A DNA stretch of 63,414 nucleotides, filler included, from Cercozoa sp. M6MM (lineage: Eukaryota; Protista; Endomyxa: Ascetosporea): assembly GCA_040357565.1 (NCBI GenBank). It is 8 parts of 8 records of this genome, joined end to end, with 100 filler letters (N's around TTAATTAATTAA, not from the genome) between each part and the next. Parts side by side here need not be neighbours in the genome. Positions count along the whole stretch, not along the records: positions 10,939 to 29,036 come from JBDODJ010000240.1; 7 more parts are not named here. One strand, given 5' to 3'. The first letter of the stretch is position 1, and each line of letters opens with the position of its first letter. The position numbers were made by a program, and so were the translations under genes. This document shows, one piece after another, positions 12,597-25,357 of this stretch. Under the pieces are notes generated by a model. The model saw only the letters and a list, made by a program, of their open reading frames with translations. It did not search any database and was not told the DNA's origin.

Positions 12597-14013
12597 TTAC
12601 AGCTGCGATTGAGGCACCGGTACTGGCCACCGCTGCTGCAACCGTCGCTTATTCCAGTGCAGTTTCTCATTGATCGCCGCGAACCACTCGTCGTTGCGTC
12701 TGCCGAGTTTGAGCGAGGGAAGCGGCGAGGCAGAAGCAGAGATTCGCACAAAGTAACCCGGCAGTAACCTCACAGGGTCACGGCCGTCGAAAGAAACCTG
12801 GGCCTCGCTAGCCTGTTGCATTCCAAGACCGTATTAGAACAACAAAGAACAAAGATGACAGTACCTTGCCAGATGCTTCAGAGTTGTCATATGGCAAGAT
12901 CGCATCTTGAGGAAACAAAATCGTGACGTTTGTAGAATCAGGAACGATTAGCGGTCGAAAGCTACAAACGCGGGGATTTTGAGAAATAAATCAAAAGTAA
13001 TGATTCTAGTACCTCAGTGTATGCGGACAAATCGGTGTCACGAGCATGCACGGACAGTTGGGAGCAGCCATACTGCCACCTGCCGACATCGAGTACGCAG
13101 TACTGCCGGTCGGGGAAGATACAATCAATCCCTGCACATCTTACAGAAGTCAACCTGATGTGCACCAAGAGTACACCATTTAGAAGAAAAAACTCACGTC
13201 AGCCTGCGCTGTCGTAACGTGAGCATCATCCACGAGCAACTCAAGTCGACCCAGGTGAGATAAAGCAGCACCCGCTCGGTCAATCACAACCTCGTTGAGC
13301 ACATGTCGCGAAGCTTGCAGCACGCCTTTTTCATCAAACACATCAGCCCGCAACCTCATGCGAAGCTGCACGCGCACGGCATTCTCCTCGTGCGTATGAG
13401 CGGCAAAGATGTGATCAAAGTGCGTTTTGTGATCCTCGAAGTCAAAAGGAGTTCTACAAAAAGGAGGTAGAAACGAGGACACGCGAAAGACTAAGGTACA
13501 AAAAGCCCAGCGAGCCGAGGTGAAAGCTGAGAACAGGCGGAACTTGCTCATCATCGCGTTGGAAGAGCGAACTCAGGTGCAGCAGCGTTCCGTCACCACC
13601 GAGAGTCACGGCCAAATCAATGCCCTTGCCAGGACACTCGTTGTCCCAAGCAGCGTACTTGGTCATTTCGCCTCGCTTGTGTTGTTGCGGGGAAACCTGT
13701 CCTCGACACATTTAGAAACTTAAACTTAAAAGAGTCCATGTACCAACACATTCGCTCCACGTTCATCGCGAAGCCATTTCGCGAGTCGTCTGGCAGCTGC
13801 TGCAGTCGAAGGATCGTGCGGCTTTTGCACGAGCATGATGTTGCGTGGAGGCGCTAAAACATACAGTGCAAGGAAAGAAGTGCTTAAATAAGAGAAAGGA
13901 ACGATACCATCCCACAGAAACGATGACTCACTCGCAGTGCGGTGATTCCATCGCAGCGACGACACGCGGCGGAGTTTCTCGCCGTGCCTACGGAGCAACA
14001 ATCCCGACAACAT
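12597..14013 (-). CDS. NADK: NAD(+)/NADH kinase, possibly mitochondrial (Arg-rich N-terminus)
   Basis: [15 protein letters not shown] (GGDG motif), VLNEVVIDR (NE motif), [25 protein letters not shown]-terminal [12 protein letters not shown]. Confidence 0.92.
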
Positions 14014-14583
14014 CAGTCAACCAGTCAAAGTCTCACGCCAACAAGCTGCGCAGGACAGAGCTAAAAACGCGCCTGTTGGCAGCGAATCGGACAAATTGCT
14101 CCTTACCCGTTTTCTTCCAATAGCTGGATTCCGCGCGGATGCATAGAGTCAAAACTCGACTCTGCTATAGCAATACTCACGTCCACACTCACGTAGAGCT
14201 GGGTACTGTACTGTAGCTCGGCCTTAACTTTAAGATTAAGGGGGTTGTTGCCGACTTGCTCAAAAGCTGATGATGAGTTGTCCCGTCCATCAGTGCATTG
14301 CACGAAACAGTGCTTGTACCTTGTGCCTGTAGCGGCAGTCTGTGCTCTGATTTAATCCAGACAGCGAGGCTGGGGGCAAAAGCAACCCGCCGGTCACCAC
14401 GGTGCGTTTTCGGTGCGAGCTGTTTTTGATCGCTGTGCCAGAAACAGTTTCTTCTTTGCTCTTGCTAATCTCACATTCGCTGTTGCTGTCTCATGTGCAC
14501 CCTGTGCAATATAGGCGCACTTCGGAACTGTTTAAAGAGTTTTCTTCCCCTCACGCCAAACGTGCGACGCTGGCGATTTACTT

Positions 14584-17017
14584 ATGGTCCAAGCCGGTGA
14601 TGTCATCGGTGGCTTTCGTGTGCTGCGACCTCTAGGCACGGGTAGTTTCGGCACCACCTTTGTCGTTGCTCCTGGTAGCTTTTCTTAAACATCATCTCAA
14701 CTCCCTTACTCTGTTGTTTTTATACAGAAACTGCTCTTGTTCGAGGAAAGCACCGTCAGCATCTCGTGCTTAAAACAGTGCAGCTGGGAGGCCTTGCTCC
14801 TGCCGCGCGTGCTCGCGCACTTGACGAAGTTCGTGTTTTGGGAGAACTTCACCATCCCAACATCGTTGCCTACGTCGACAGCTTCGTGGGCGAGCACCGG
14901 CCTGATCGTCCGGAAGAAGAGCAGCTGCACATTGTGATGGAGTTCTGCTCTGGTGGAGATCTCGGGCAGCTCATTCGAAACGCCAAGCAAGAGCAAGCCA
15001 AGCACCTCGAAGCAAGCGACAGGGAGGCTGCGCAACGATCCTATTTCAGTGAGGCTCGTGTGATGCGGTGGTTCTCGCAAGTCTGTCGTGCCATGCGTCG
15101 GTGTCACCATGCGCGCATCCTGCACCGAGACTTGAAGTCACAGAACGTGTTTCTCACCGAGGAGGACTGCGTCAAGCTCGGTGACTTTGGCATCGCAAGA
15201 CGCCTCGATCATACGGCCGAGATGGCGCAAACAGTGGTCGGCACGCCTTACTCGATGTCACCTGAGGTGTGCGAATCGAAACCGTACAGCTACAAGAGCG
15301 ACGTTTGGTCACTCGGCTGCCTGTTGTACGAGCTGCTCGTGCTGAAGCATCCCTTTCAAGCGCCCAACTTGCTCAACTTGGTGTGGCGAATCGTGCAAGT
15401 GGAGCCACCGAAGCTGACCTCGTTTCGATCTGACTTGAGTGATGAAGTGGTCGATCTCGTCAACTCTTTGCTTGTGAAGGTACCTCGTTGTTTTTAAAGT
15501 TGTATCATCGTTGTCCATCCCTTGTGCTCAGAATCCAGACGAGCGTCCTTCTGTTGACGAGATCATGCAACGTCCTATCGTGCTGCGTGCGTTGGTGACT
15601 ACTGGCAAGAAAAAGCAAAACCGACGGCGCCTGTCTCTCGCTGTGCCTGGCGAGATGCCGATGCCTTCACTAGTGACATCGAACAAAACCAGTCCCGCGA
15701 GCAAACTGCAGAGCGAAAAGGCCCGTTCCTTTTTCGACGTGCCTCAACTTGCTGGTATCTCTCATTTCAATCGTTGCCTGCGATGCATGCTTCAGCGATG
15801 TAGACGACAGCACGTCTGGTAGCCCTGCCAGCATGGGGGTTGCGAAAGCTCTTGGTTCCGGTCCTGTCGTTTCTGGGCCTGCTCGTCATCGGACTCGTTC
15901 TCGTCGCACGCAGTCCATGGGCACCTTCGCTTTCGATCCGCAGACGATAGCGAATCAGCAAGAGACCTCTGCGCCGGAGGCCGAGTCGTGTGCGGACCTG
16001 AGCCAAGCAACGCCACGTGCCGCTGACATCATTCACAGTTTGCGTCGCATGCACTCTGAGGTTCGTGAGCGCGTTGGTCCTCAAGCGAGCGCGCCGACGC
16101 CGGACGATGTGCACGAGCAGATGCGACAGCAGATGCAAGCTCGTCCGAGGAGACGACGTCGCTCAGCGATTGGCCTGAAGGGTTTTATGCACCACCGTCA
16201 AACATCAATGGCAGTACGCTTAACTTTTTTGGCGCTTACGCCTTCATTCTGTGTTGTATAGTTCCCAAACTCCAATCTCAACGTTCTGCTTGAAAGTTCG
16301 TCGCCAAGATTGGAAGGCACGTCGCCGACTGAAGATCCAGTTCGAAGCCGAGCCTCGTCGCGCGAATCTGTTCCAAGTATGCCGTCGCTCCTCGAGATGC
16401 CCGATGCCATGTTGACTCCCCCTGCGCACAAACCTCGTTCGCGCTCGCCCCAGTCCAAGTCTTCCACGTTGCACTTCCACTCGCGCTCCGAATCAAAGAC
16501 AAGTCCCGAGTCTGCCCGCAAGGCAGCCGGACACAGGAGACGCCAGAGCAGTGCCGGCCTTGTTGGTAGTCCGTTTTCGCAGGCCTTCTCGCCGTCGACC
16601 TCCCGCCCTGTCAGCTCGCCGTCCCATGTGCACACGCCGTCGATGCACATGCACTACCCTTCTCCCAGCCCTCACTCGCAACGAAAATCTCCGTCTCTTT
16701 CTCGACGCAGTGTCAGTCGTACTTCTCTTTTGCTGTCTTCTTTCTTGTTTTGTGATTTCTTTTTTGAAGCAACTGCATCGCCTTGTGCCTCACCTTCGAC
16801 CTCTCCGTCGGCTCCGCCACGTGTTCTTCGGTCCCGCCGTGCCTCAATTCGCACACACTCGCTTAAAGATTTGATGTCTCGCTCCGTCGCCAACTCGTCG
16901 TCTCTCCCGTCGTCCACTAATCCGGTGGCCGCCCCTTCCGTCCTCAGCGGTGCGGAGGCAGCGCATGCGCCGCCGCGTGCCTCTCAGTCAACCTCTTCCC
17001 TCCGCCGCATGTTATAG
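14584..17017 (+). CDS. NIMA-related (NEK) Ser/Thr kinase with long Ser/Pro-rich tail; may extend to ~17410
   Basis: LGTGSFG, HPNIVAYVDSF, LHIVMEFCSGGDL, HRDLKSQNVFL, KLGDFGIAR, GTPYSMSPEVCESKPYSYKSDVWSLGC. Confidence 0.92.
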
Positions 17018-18326
17018 ATATCGTTCGTATGTTAGGGTTTTGTCTTAGCTGCTCTAAGTGTATTCCAGTGTGTGGTTTTAGTTTCCTCCCGCGCTTGGTT
17101 GAGATCCACTGTAACCCGTGTGTGTTTTGGCGTATGCCGTGCACACAGCGCAGGGAGTGTGCGTGACCAGCTCGTGCTGCTGTAGTGGTAATGCGTGTTG
17201 TTTCGTGGAGTGAGTTGCCCCAAGAGGCAAGTGGGCATGATGTGACTCACTCCGTCGCCCCGCCCAGCTTAAGATGTGCCACGTCGCCCGACGACGTCGT
17301 GCCATGTGCCGTCGTCTTCTCCGCAGACTAACCTATGTGACGCCAACCAGGATTGAGACGAGACTGCTGCAGGGCAAACATAGACGCCAAGGGAGTCTGT
17401 GAGGACGCGTAGTGAATGACCTTCGCGGGGTGCTTCCCATCTGGAGGTATACTTCGAGCGCGCTCTCGAGAGATGCCCACACGGTGCAAAACTAAGCTCT
17501 AGGGGAAAGTGCCGTCGTGAGCAACGCTATGCCTTGAAACAGATCAAAATCAGCGCTCCGCGCACTGCATACTGCGGAACGAGCAACCGCCCGCAAAAAG
17601 CCTTCGCTCACAGCGCGGCGCAGCGGAGGGGCTAACACGCGTCCATGAAGCTCGCACAAGCACTGCTTCAACATCGCCTTGAGAAGCGTGTCGAGCGCCA
17701 GCGATGCGCCAGATAAGCTCATCTAACTGTTTCAATGCCTAAACATTGTGTTAGCACGCCAGGGGACAGTCTGGAAACTCTATTACGCGTTGACTTTATT
17801 TTGTTGTTTTTGTGCTCCGGCACTCCTACAATTTCTACTGTATCTACATTTTCTCAGTATGTTGCTCACTACGGCGTGTGCACATGGTTGCACCGTTTGG
17901 GTGCAAAGATCCACACACAATTTCAGGAACTTAGTTGCACCGTTTGGGCTTCTCAGAGCGCGCTCGAAGTATACCTCCAGATGAGAACTACCCGACCTGG
18001 GCGACCTTGCACACCTTCGTGTCTGGAATAAATTTACACTTAGAGCAGCGAAGACAAAAGAAAACTTGAGCCTCGCCTCTCAATTGGTAAAATCACTTGA
18101 AAGTGAGCGTCAGTATTTCAACTTGAATTGTATTAATGCCAGTTTTGACAACCCGACATCCCGACATCCCGGGTATCTGCCGACACCTCGTCTCCAAAAT
18201 CTGTTTGCAGCCAAGGCACAAACTATAAGAATAAAAAATTCCATTCTTAGACTTTGCGTGGGGGAGGTCCTGTTGTTACCTTTATGCTTTCTGTCAACAG
18301 AGCTTTCGTGAACACGAAGTTGAAGC

Positions 18327-18849
18327 TCAGAATTCGTGAGGAGTGTCTGTACAATGAGCTTCGTAAGATTTCCTTTCTGTCCGACGCGACGTTGAGCCGA
18401 GCGGAGTTGCCAGTGTTTCACTAGAACCATGCATTCATCAGTCAAACGAAACGTTCACTCGACGTTATTTATCGTTTTAGTGATCTTCGCGCAGACTACA
18501 TCCAACTCTTGAACGAACTCCTTCCAAAATTGCAACTCCCAATCCTCATCAGTCATAACGTTGTGCTGCGCGCTAAGTTCTTCGATGAACTTTCTTCGAA
18601 GCTCAAAAATGGCAGATTCGGCTTCCGCATTAGACACAGTGCCCACCTCATCCATTTTGGAGGCCAAGCTAGCGATGTTCGACATGAACAAGGAGCGCAT
18701 TTCCGGCGACAAAGCCCGAAAGTGCCGAAAATACTCCTTGTATTGGGTTTGCTGTGAACCAAGTGAACTGGAGGCCGAACCTGTTGTCGCTTGCATAGTG
18801 TTCGAGCCTGTCATGCAAAAACAATCAAAGCTAGCAAACATCAAAAAAG

Positions 18850-18894
<45 letters not shown>

Positions 18895-18994
18895 NNNNNN
18901 NNNNNNNNNNNNNNNNNNNNNNNNNNNNNNNNNNNNNNNNNNNNNNNNNNNNNNNNNNNNNNNNNNNNNNNNNNNNNNNNNNNNNNNNNNNNNN

Positions 18995-19037
<43 letters not shown>

Positions 19038-19949
19038 ACCTTCACTCATAAAGGTCTCGTCCTGACTCGGCTGCCCAACCAGCCCGAACTGTTCCAAGTG
19101 CTGCGCGCTCAAGTCCTGCTGTTGCTGCATCTGCTGCAACTGCATCAGTCGGAACAAATGTTCTCTTTCCTCCTGCAACAGCACATTTCACATTGAGTAA
19201 CCTAACCAAATAAAATAAGAAAAGACACCTGCATCTGCAAGAGTTCCCCTCGCGAGCGTTGTCGCCTGTGTGAGCGCATGTCGACATTCGAAGCAGCGTC
19301 TATCACATTGTCGTACAGATCAACCCCTTGCGATCCTTCGATGTAGTCACCTTGCTGCTGTCCTTGGAACTGTTCGTGGTACTGGTAGCCGCCGAATTGC
19401 GGGCTGACAACGTCGCTCATAGTGTCGTACGACGGCATGTGCGACTGGCCGTGAGGCGTGGCTGCAAAAGGCGGCACTTCTGGCTACAAACACCACCTTA
19501 ACCAGTCAATATTAGACTCGTAAATGAAAGGGTTACTTCAGGCAATGGTTCACTGTGAGGCTCATCGATCGGGTCGGAAGGATGCGTCACGAAGAAAGTT
19601 TTCGGCAGAATCGCGCGCAGAGGCAGAGGCAATCGCTTGTGCTCCGGCAGCACATCATGCAACAACGGGTGTTCGCACACCTGTGCAGCTGTTAGCCTGT
19701 CGTCTATTTTCTGTGCACACCCATATCATACAACATAACTAGATATATATATTTATAACTAGGTCAGGATGGTACCTTTGCCAACATGGCAGCACAGAGT
19801 TTGCGCAAACCCTGCGAGTACGGCACGATGGCGTTCTCCGAGTGCTCGCCGAACTCTTGCGCCTGCTGCAGCAGCACCTCTCGCACATCGGGTGCTGGTG
19901 TGTCACTGATGATCTTTAGCAGCAAAGCTGGAGGCGACTATACACATTC

Positions 19950-19981
<32 letters not shown>

Positions 19982-20958
19982 GCGTGTACAAACTGTATAT
20001 CTATACAACGATACAATACATATACACTAATATATATATATATATATATATAAGAGAAGGGCACCTTGGCAGTGAAAGGACGCTGCAGAGTCATCAACTC
20101 GAACAGCACGCACCCGAGCGACCACACATCGGCACGACCGTCGTAGTCGATCTCCTGTGCCTGCTCTGGTGACAGGTACAGAGGCGTGCCGATCTTGGTC
20201 TGCGCCAGTGTGGTCTCGCTGAACTTGCGCGAGATGCCAAAGTCACCGAGCTTGGCCCAGCCGTGCTGCGTCAGGAAGATGTTGCCTGGCTTCACGTCGC
20301 GATGCAGCACATTGCACGAGTGACAGTACGCAAGTGCCGACGCCACTTGTGCAATCCACGAAACGATCACCTCCTGCGGGAAACGCCACGGTGCCAAGGG
20401 TCGTTTGCCTTTTTCGACACGTGCTTCGTTGATGCGAAGTATCTCTCGGTTGACTCGTTTCGCCCACTTCAGCTTGCTTTTGAGGTCGACTTCGTCGCAG
20501 TATCTAAAGACACAAAACAGTTTAAAGAATACGTACACTGAAGACAAAAAGAAAGAAATGATACTCCATCACGATGTTGAGCGTCATCTGACGCAAGCCG
20601 CCATTTTCGCGCTCTTCGAAAGCATCGGCATAGCCGACGACACACGGGTGATCGAGCTCCCTCAGCAGTCGAATCTCACTCCGGTGTGTCTGAAGCTGCG
20701 AAGGCGACAGATGTTCCGTCACGACACGCTTGATGACGAATTCATCGCCCGTCTCAAGTTCCTGCCCCAGATAAAAGATGGTCAGCAATCAGTTTTTATG
20801 CCCTGCCCGTTGCTGTTTTGCGCAGATACAAAACACGCACGTCTATTGTGTTGCGCAAGTACCTCAACGATGAACGCAGTGCCGTAGTTGCCCTGTCCAA
20901 TGGGATCGGCGTAGCGGTAGCGGCCGCCGCCAAAGAGTTGTGAGCGCGGATCGTCCAT
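18327..20958 (-). CDS. Second NEK-family kinase with Gln-rich C-terminal region; 3' end uncertain
   Basis: IGQGNYG, FVIK, HPCVVGYADAF, IVMEYC, HRDVKPGNIFL, KLGDFGISR, GTPLYLSPE, ADVWSLGCVLFELMTL. ATG at 20958. Confidence 0.88.
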
Positions 20959-21116
20959 GAGTTCGAGTGGTCAGACACGGCCACCTGGCGGCGTTGGAAA
21001 AAGGTGCCACAATCACCGACACCGGTCTGCACCGATCGAGGTCTAGAAAGCAAGCTAAGATGCCAAGCACACTCAGGAGCAGGGTTTAACTCGTGATCAC
21101 GCTGTATCGAGCAAAA

Positions 21117-24100
21117 ATGCAGTAATGATCTTCTTTGAACGTGAGCGACCCTACCAAAATTATCGGGGGAGTGGCCTGTTTATTCCCAAGGTGTTTAGCA
21201 GGCGTTCCGCGTGGCGTGCTGGCTGTATTAAGTGCGCTCATTTTAATCGCTGACTTAGAAGCCGTCGGCCGAGGTGCTGCTCTTGTATTGTTTTTTGCGT
21301 TGGTCCAAGGTCACCCCATTTTTCGATGCGATCAAAACAGACTTCCTTCTGTGTGTGTTTCAATTTCGATGTTGCAGTTTGTGCGTTGCAAGTGGTGCGA
21401 CATGCAAGCCGCCGTGCATGGCAACGTCGGCGAGTTGCATGACTTTGTGCGCGCGCAGCAGCAGCACCTGCCGCAGCTCGACGTGATCTGGACGATCACG
21501 TGCTACAACGAGAGTGCGCAGGAACTCGCGGAGTCGCTTGTTGCACTGCAGCGCGCGATTCGTTTCGCCTGCTCACAGGTACTTTAGTTTGTTTCTCCTT
21601 GCTCAAGTTGACTCAATCTAACTGCTTCTGTTTTGCCTTGAGCAGTCCGACTTTGGCGTTGATTATTGGAAGCGAGTGCTTATTCTGGTCGTGTTCGACG
21701 GTGACTCACGCACAAGCGACACAGCCGACAGTTTTCTTCAGTCGAGTGGACTGTGGCCAAGTTCGGACTCAAGTTTTCTTCAACTCTGTCGTGACACTCC
21801 TTCCGCGCGGACGAACCACATTCACGGCAACACTGTATTATCCGACTACGAAGGCGACCTTCGCGAAGACGAGCAACTTCGCGCAGTCCTGTTCCGTGGC
21901 AGTTTCAAAGGCGTGGTTCGAGGTAATTTTAGCTTTCGCTTTTCACTCGAAAATTTAGCTTTGCTTGAAATGCTTTGAGTGAATAATCGAAAGCTTGAGC
22001 GAAATTATTGTTTGTGTAGATTCGGCATTGTTGAAAGCGACGAAACAGCACGGTGACGGCACGAGATTGTTCACGGACGAGTTGATTTGCGATGCCGTGG
22101 TGAAGGACAGCAGCGGCGTGTCGCACTGGTCGCAGCAGCCGCTGCAGGTGCTCACGGTGCGCAAGCGAGCGAATCGTGGCAAGCTGCACTCGCACTTTGT
22201 CGCTTTCGGCAGTGTGTGCACTGCTGCCGTGCCACGTGTCGTGTGTCAGATGGACGTCGGGTCATGGCCAATGCCAGGCACACTGGTCGGTCTGCGTCGA
22301 CTCTTCCACGCGGACAGTGCGATCGGTTTCTCCAACCCGGCCATGGTGGTGGCGCGGCCTTTCCGAGGCGAGGTGGACTCGCACAAGAAAAAACAAGAGA
22401 AGCCGCAGCAAGAAGAGTCATGGTGGCAGCGACTGTGGCGTCGTTCGGCCGTACCTGTTGTCAGTGCGCAGTTCCTGGAGTGCATGGCATGGAGTGAGAA
22501 CTGGTACGACGTGCAGCAGGCGCTGCGGTACCCTCTCGTGTGCAGTGGACAGTGCTACATGGCTCGGTACCTGCCTTCTTACCCTGCCTATCATGCTATA
22601 CCCTTTGTATCTTTCCACACCCTTTGTATCTTCCCACACCCTTTGTATCTTCCCACACCCTTTGTACATTCCTACCCTGCAGGTGGTCGACGCTGGCAGG
22701 CGAGTACAACAACGTGGAGGACAGGGAACGCGAGTTCGACGTGGATGGCATGCTGCACGTGACATGTGACGCCCAAGACACCAAGGTCTATGACGACGAC
22801 GGTGTGCGACCGGTGCCAAGGACGCCGTACCGACTGTCGCCGCAACTACGCGAGTACTTCAAACCGTTGTTGCGACCGCAGGACTGCAACACGGTCGACC
22901 TGCACATGGGCATCAGTGAGGATCGAGCACTCGCGCACAGTTGTGTGAAGCACTCGCATCGCATCGCCTATGCCGTGCCTCGGACTGACGTGCCAACTAC
23001 ATTCCACAGGACTGACAAGCTGTGTCGAGAGACTCCTGACGAAGCGAGTGACATGGCCGAGTTCCGACGCTTCTCCGATCAGCCTGTTTTATTCACTGAC
23101 GCCTGTCAGTCGGTATCCTTACTCCCCCCACCCCTTTACTCCTTCCTACTCCCTCCCATGACGTTAGGTGAGAGAACTGCTGCTGCAAAGGAATCGATGG
23201 AACATGGGCTACATGTTCGGCAACTGGCGTTTCTACTCGCAGGTACATTTTGTATCAACTCGGTACAGTGTGGCTATTTCTGTACATCTCTGGACTGCGC
23301 GTGTACAGGTGGCCAAGATTCTCTGGCAACGAGCTGGCCGGACGAAGCAAGAGATGATGCCGAGTACCACCGATACCAGGGTTGTCCAGCACGACGAGAA
23401 ACGAGGTACTGCCCAGTGTCCAGTGTCTGTGTGTGACAGCAGGAACAAGTGTGTCTGTGTGGGGGCAGGTACTGCGCAGCGCGTGACACTGGCGTCGCTG
23501 CTGCTGCTGGTGTTCCTGCGACTGCTGTGCAACGAGATGACTTTCTTGACGCAACACGCCATGCTGGTGGCGGCCCTCACCGTGCCCGTGGTGCGTCACT
23601 TTGCCGCCGACTGGTGGGCCACGCAGACCGTGGCCTGGAGAAACGCTGGTCTTGTGACACTATTCGGCTGGGACTCTGCCACGGCATGGCACCGCGTGGC
23701 ACGTCTTTCCGCCGGTCTGGGCACACTGGCCTTGGTGACACTGCCGCTGCTGGCACTGGCCTGGCATGGCGGTGCACGCAAGTACCCGCGTTTGACACGT
23801 GTTGCTGCCATCGCTCTCTGCCTCGCTTCCTGGACGCTGACGACTGCTTTCTTGTACTTTTCCCCCCCCCCCCCCCGCCTTCCCCAAGCATATACCCTTT
23901 ACCCCTGGGTTATAGGTGGGTGTCGCTGCGAACCTTTGGTTTCGCAGTCGACGAGTTCGGCATGCCGAAAGGCACGAGCTTGTGCGAGGCGTCGCCGTCG
24001 CTTCTGAGTGCGATTGATCTCGATGGTTGGACCGTGGGCACACCGTCAAGTTGGCAGTGTGAGCCGCGATCATTGCTACACGGTGCAGTTACATGGCGCG

Positions 24101-25186
24101 ACATGCCGGGTGACTCGTCGTTGCTGCAGCGTTTCTTGCAGATGATCGAAGTGGTGCTGCCGCTGCATGCCAACAATGACCGGTCAGTCAAGACACTGAT
24201 CGCTCTCGTGGTTGGCTGGTGTGTCCTGGCGTCGCTCGTGCTGTGCCGCATGCGCGATTGGAAGCGCGTCTTTTTCTCCTTGATCTGCATGGTACCGCTC
24301 CTCATTTATACAGACATACATACTTATTATACTTACTTTACCTCACCCTCTTGTAGGCGGTAGTGGCACCAGTGTACATCCCTCTGACGATAGCTCACGC
24401 CAGTGGCAACATCAACTGCGTGTCCTGGGGCACCAAGTCGCAAGAACAGAACGACGTGCCGCAGGAACTCGTTGTCATGCTCGACACTGACAGCACTGAT
24501 GGTACCACCTCTGTGCCCTGTGTGTCATACGCACTATCATCCCCTACTCCGCAGACCCAGACGAAGAAGAGAACGATGCCGTGGACCTGCTGCTCGAGCC
24601 GAGCGACTCGAGTGTTCCCGAGGACGCGCGGACACCAGTACCGGGCGACTCGGTCGATTCCGGCTCGGACCGGCAGAACAGTGGACGCATGACCGTCCTG
24701 CCGGCTCCGAACGCTAAAGCGTCACTGCAGATGGGCGTGATGAAACGCATGCACCTTCGGAAGCAGCGAACACAGCGCGACGATCACATCACGACCTCGT
24801 CAGCTGCCGAGGGCGACACCATCCAGGCACGTCTCGATCGCTTCCGCAGCCTCAGTGTCGGCAGCGTGATTGTCGGCAACATTGTTCTTTTCGCCTTGTG
24901 GGCACTTTTCGACCTCAACGATCGTGTCTTCTGGGACTTTCAGGTACACTTGACTTCCTTGCTTCCTTTGGCATCTTGAGTCAACCTTTTGCTTCAGCTG
25001 CTTGCGATTCCGTTCGCGAACTTTGCGACGCGAGCGTGTGCACTCGCTTTTGGTCGACTGGCGCTGTGGCAGCACGCCTCGCGACTGGCCGGCAAGGCAT
25101 CTCGTGCACTCCTTTCCAGCAAGCTCGCCTCGTTGCTGGGCCTGCACGCACGCGACCACACTGGCTACGTCGCACTCGAAATGTAG
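21117..25186 (+). CDS. Divergent chitin synthase (GT2, class I-III/division 1-like), multi-exon; start approximate
   Basis: Motifs in the expected order: TCYNE, VVFDG, RKRANRGKLHSH, QMDVGS, QFLE, CSGQCYMAR, ISEDRAL, FTDA, QRNRWNMG, TM region, NINCVSWGTK. These correspond to canonical TMYNE, DG, KINSH, DVGT, QxFEY, LPG, EDR, TD, QRRRW and DVSWGTK. Confidence 0.85.
22597..22666 (+). repeat. Intronic 19-nt minisatellite (CACCCTTTGTATCTTCCCA) x ~3.5
   Basis: Directly visible tandem units in a chitin synthase intron. Confidence 0.85.
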
Positions 25187-25357
25187 GGTCACAGACCCGT
25201 ACCATCCTTTTCTCGGCATGATTCGTCACTTCGGAGCCTGCCTAACTTGTAGCTTCACGCATTTTAGTTAACTTATCATTTGTTTATTTATCCTCGATAC
25301 ACGTCATTTAAACTCGACTGTAATCGACCAGCCGGAGTCGAGTGTGAGTGCTCGGGA

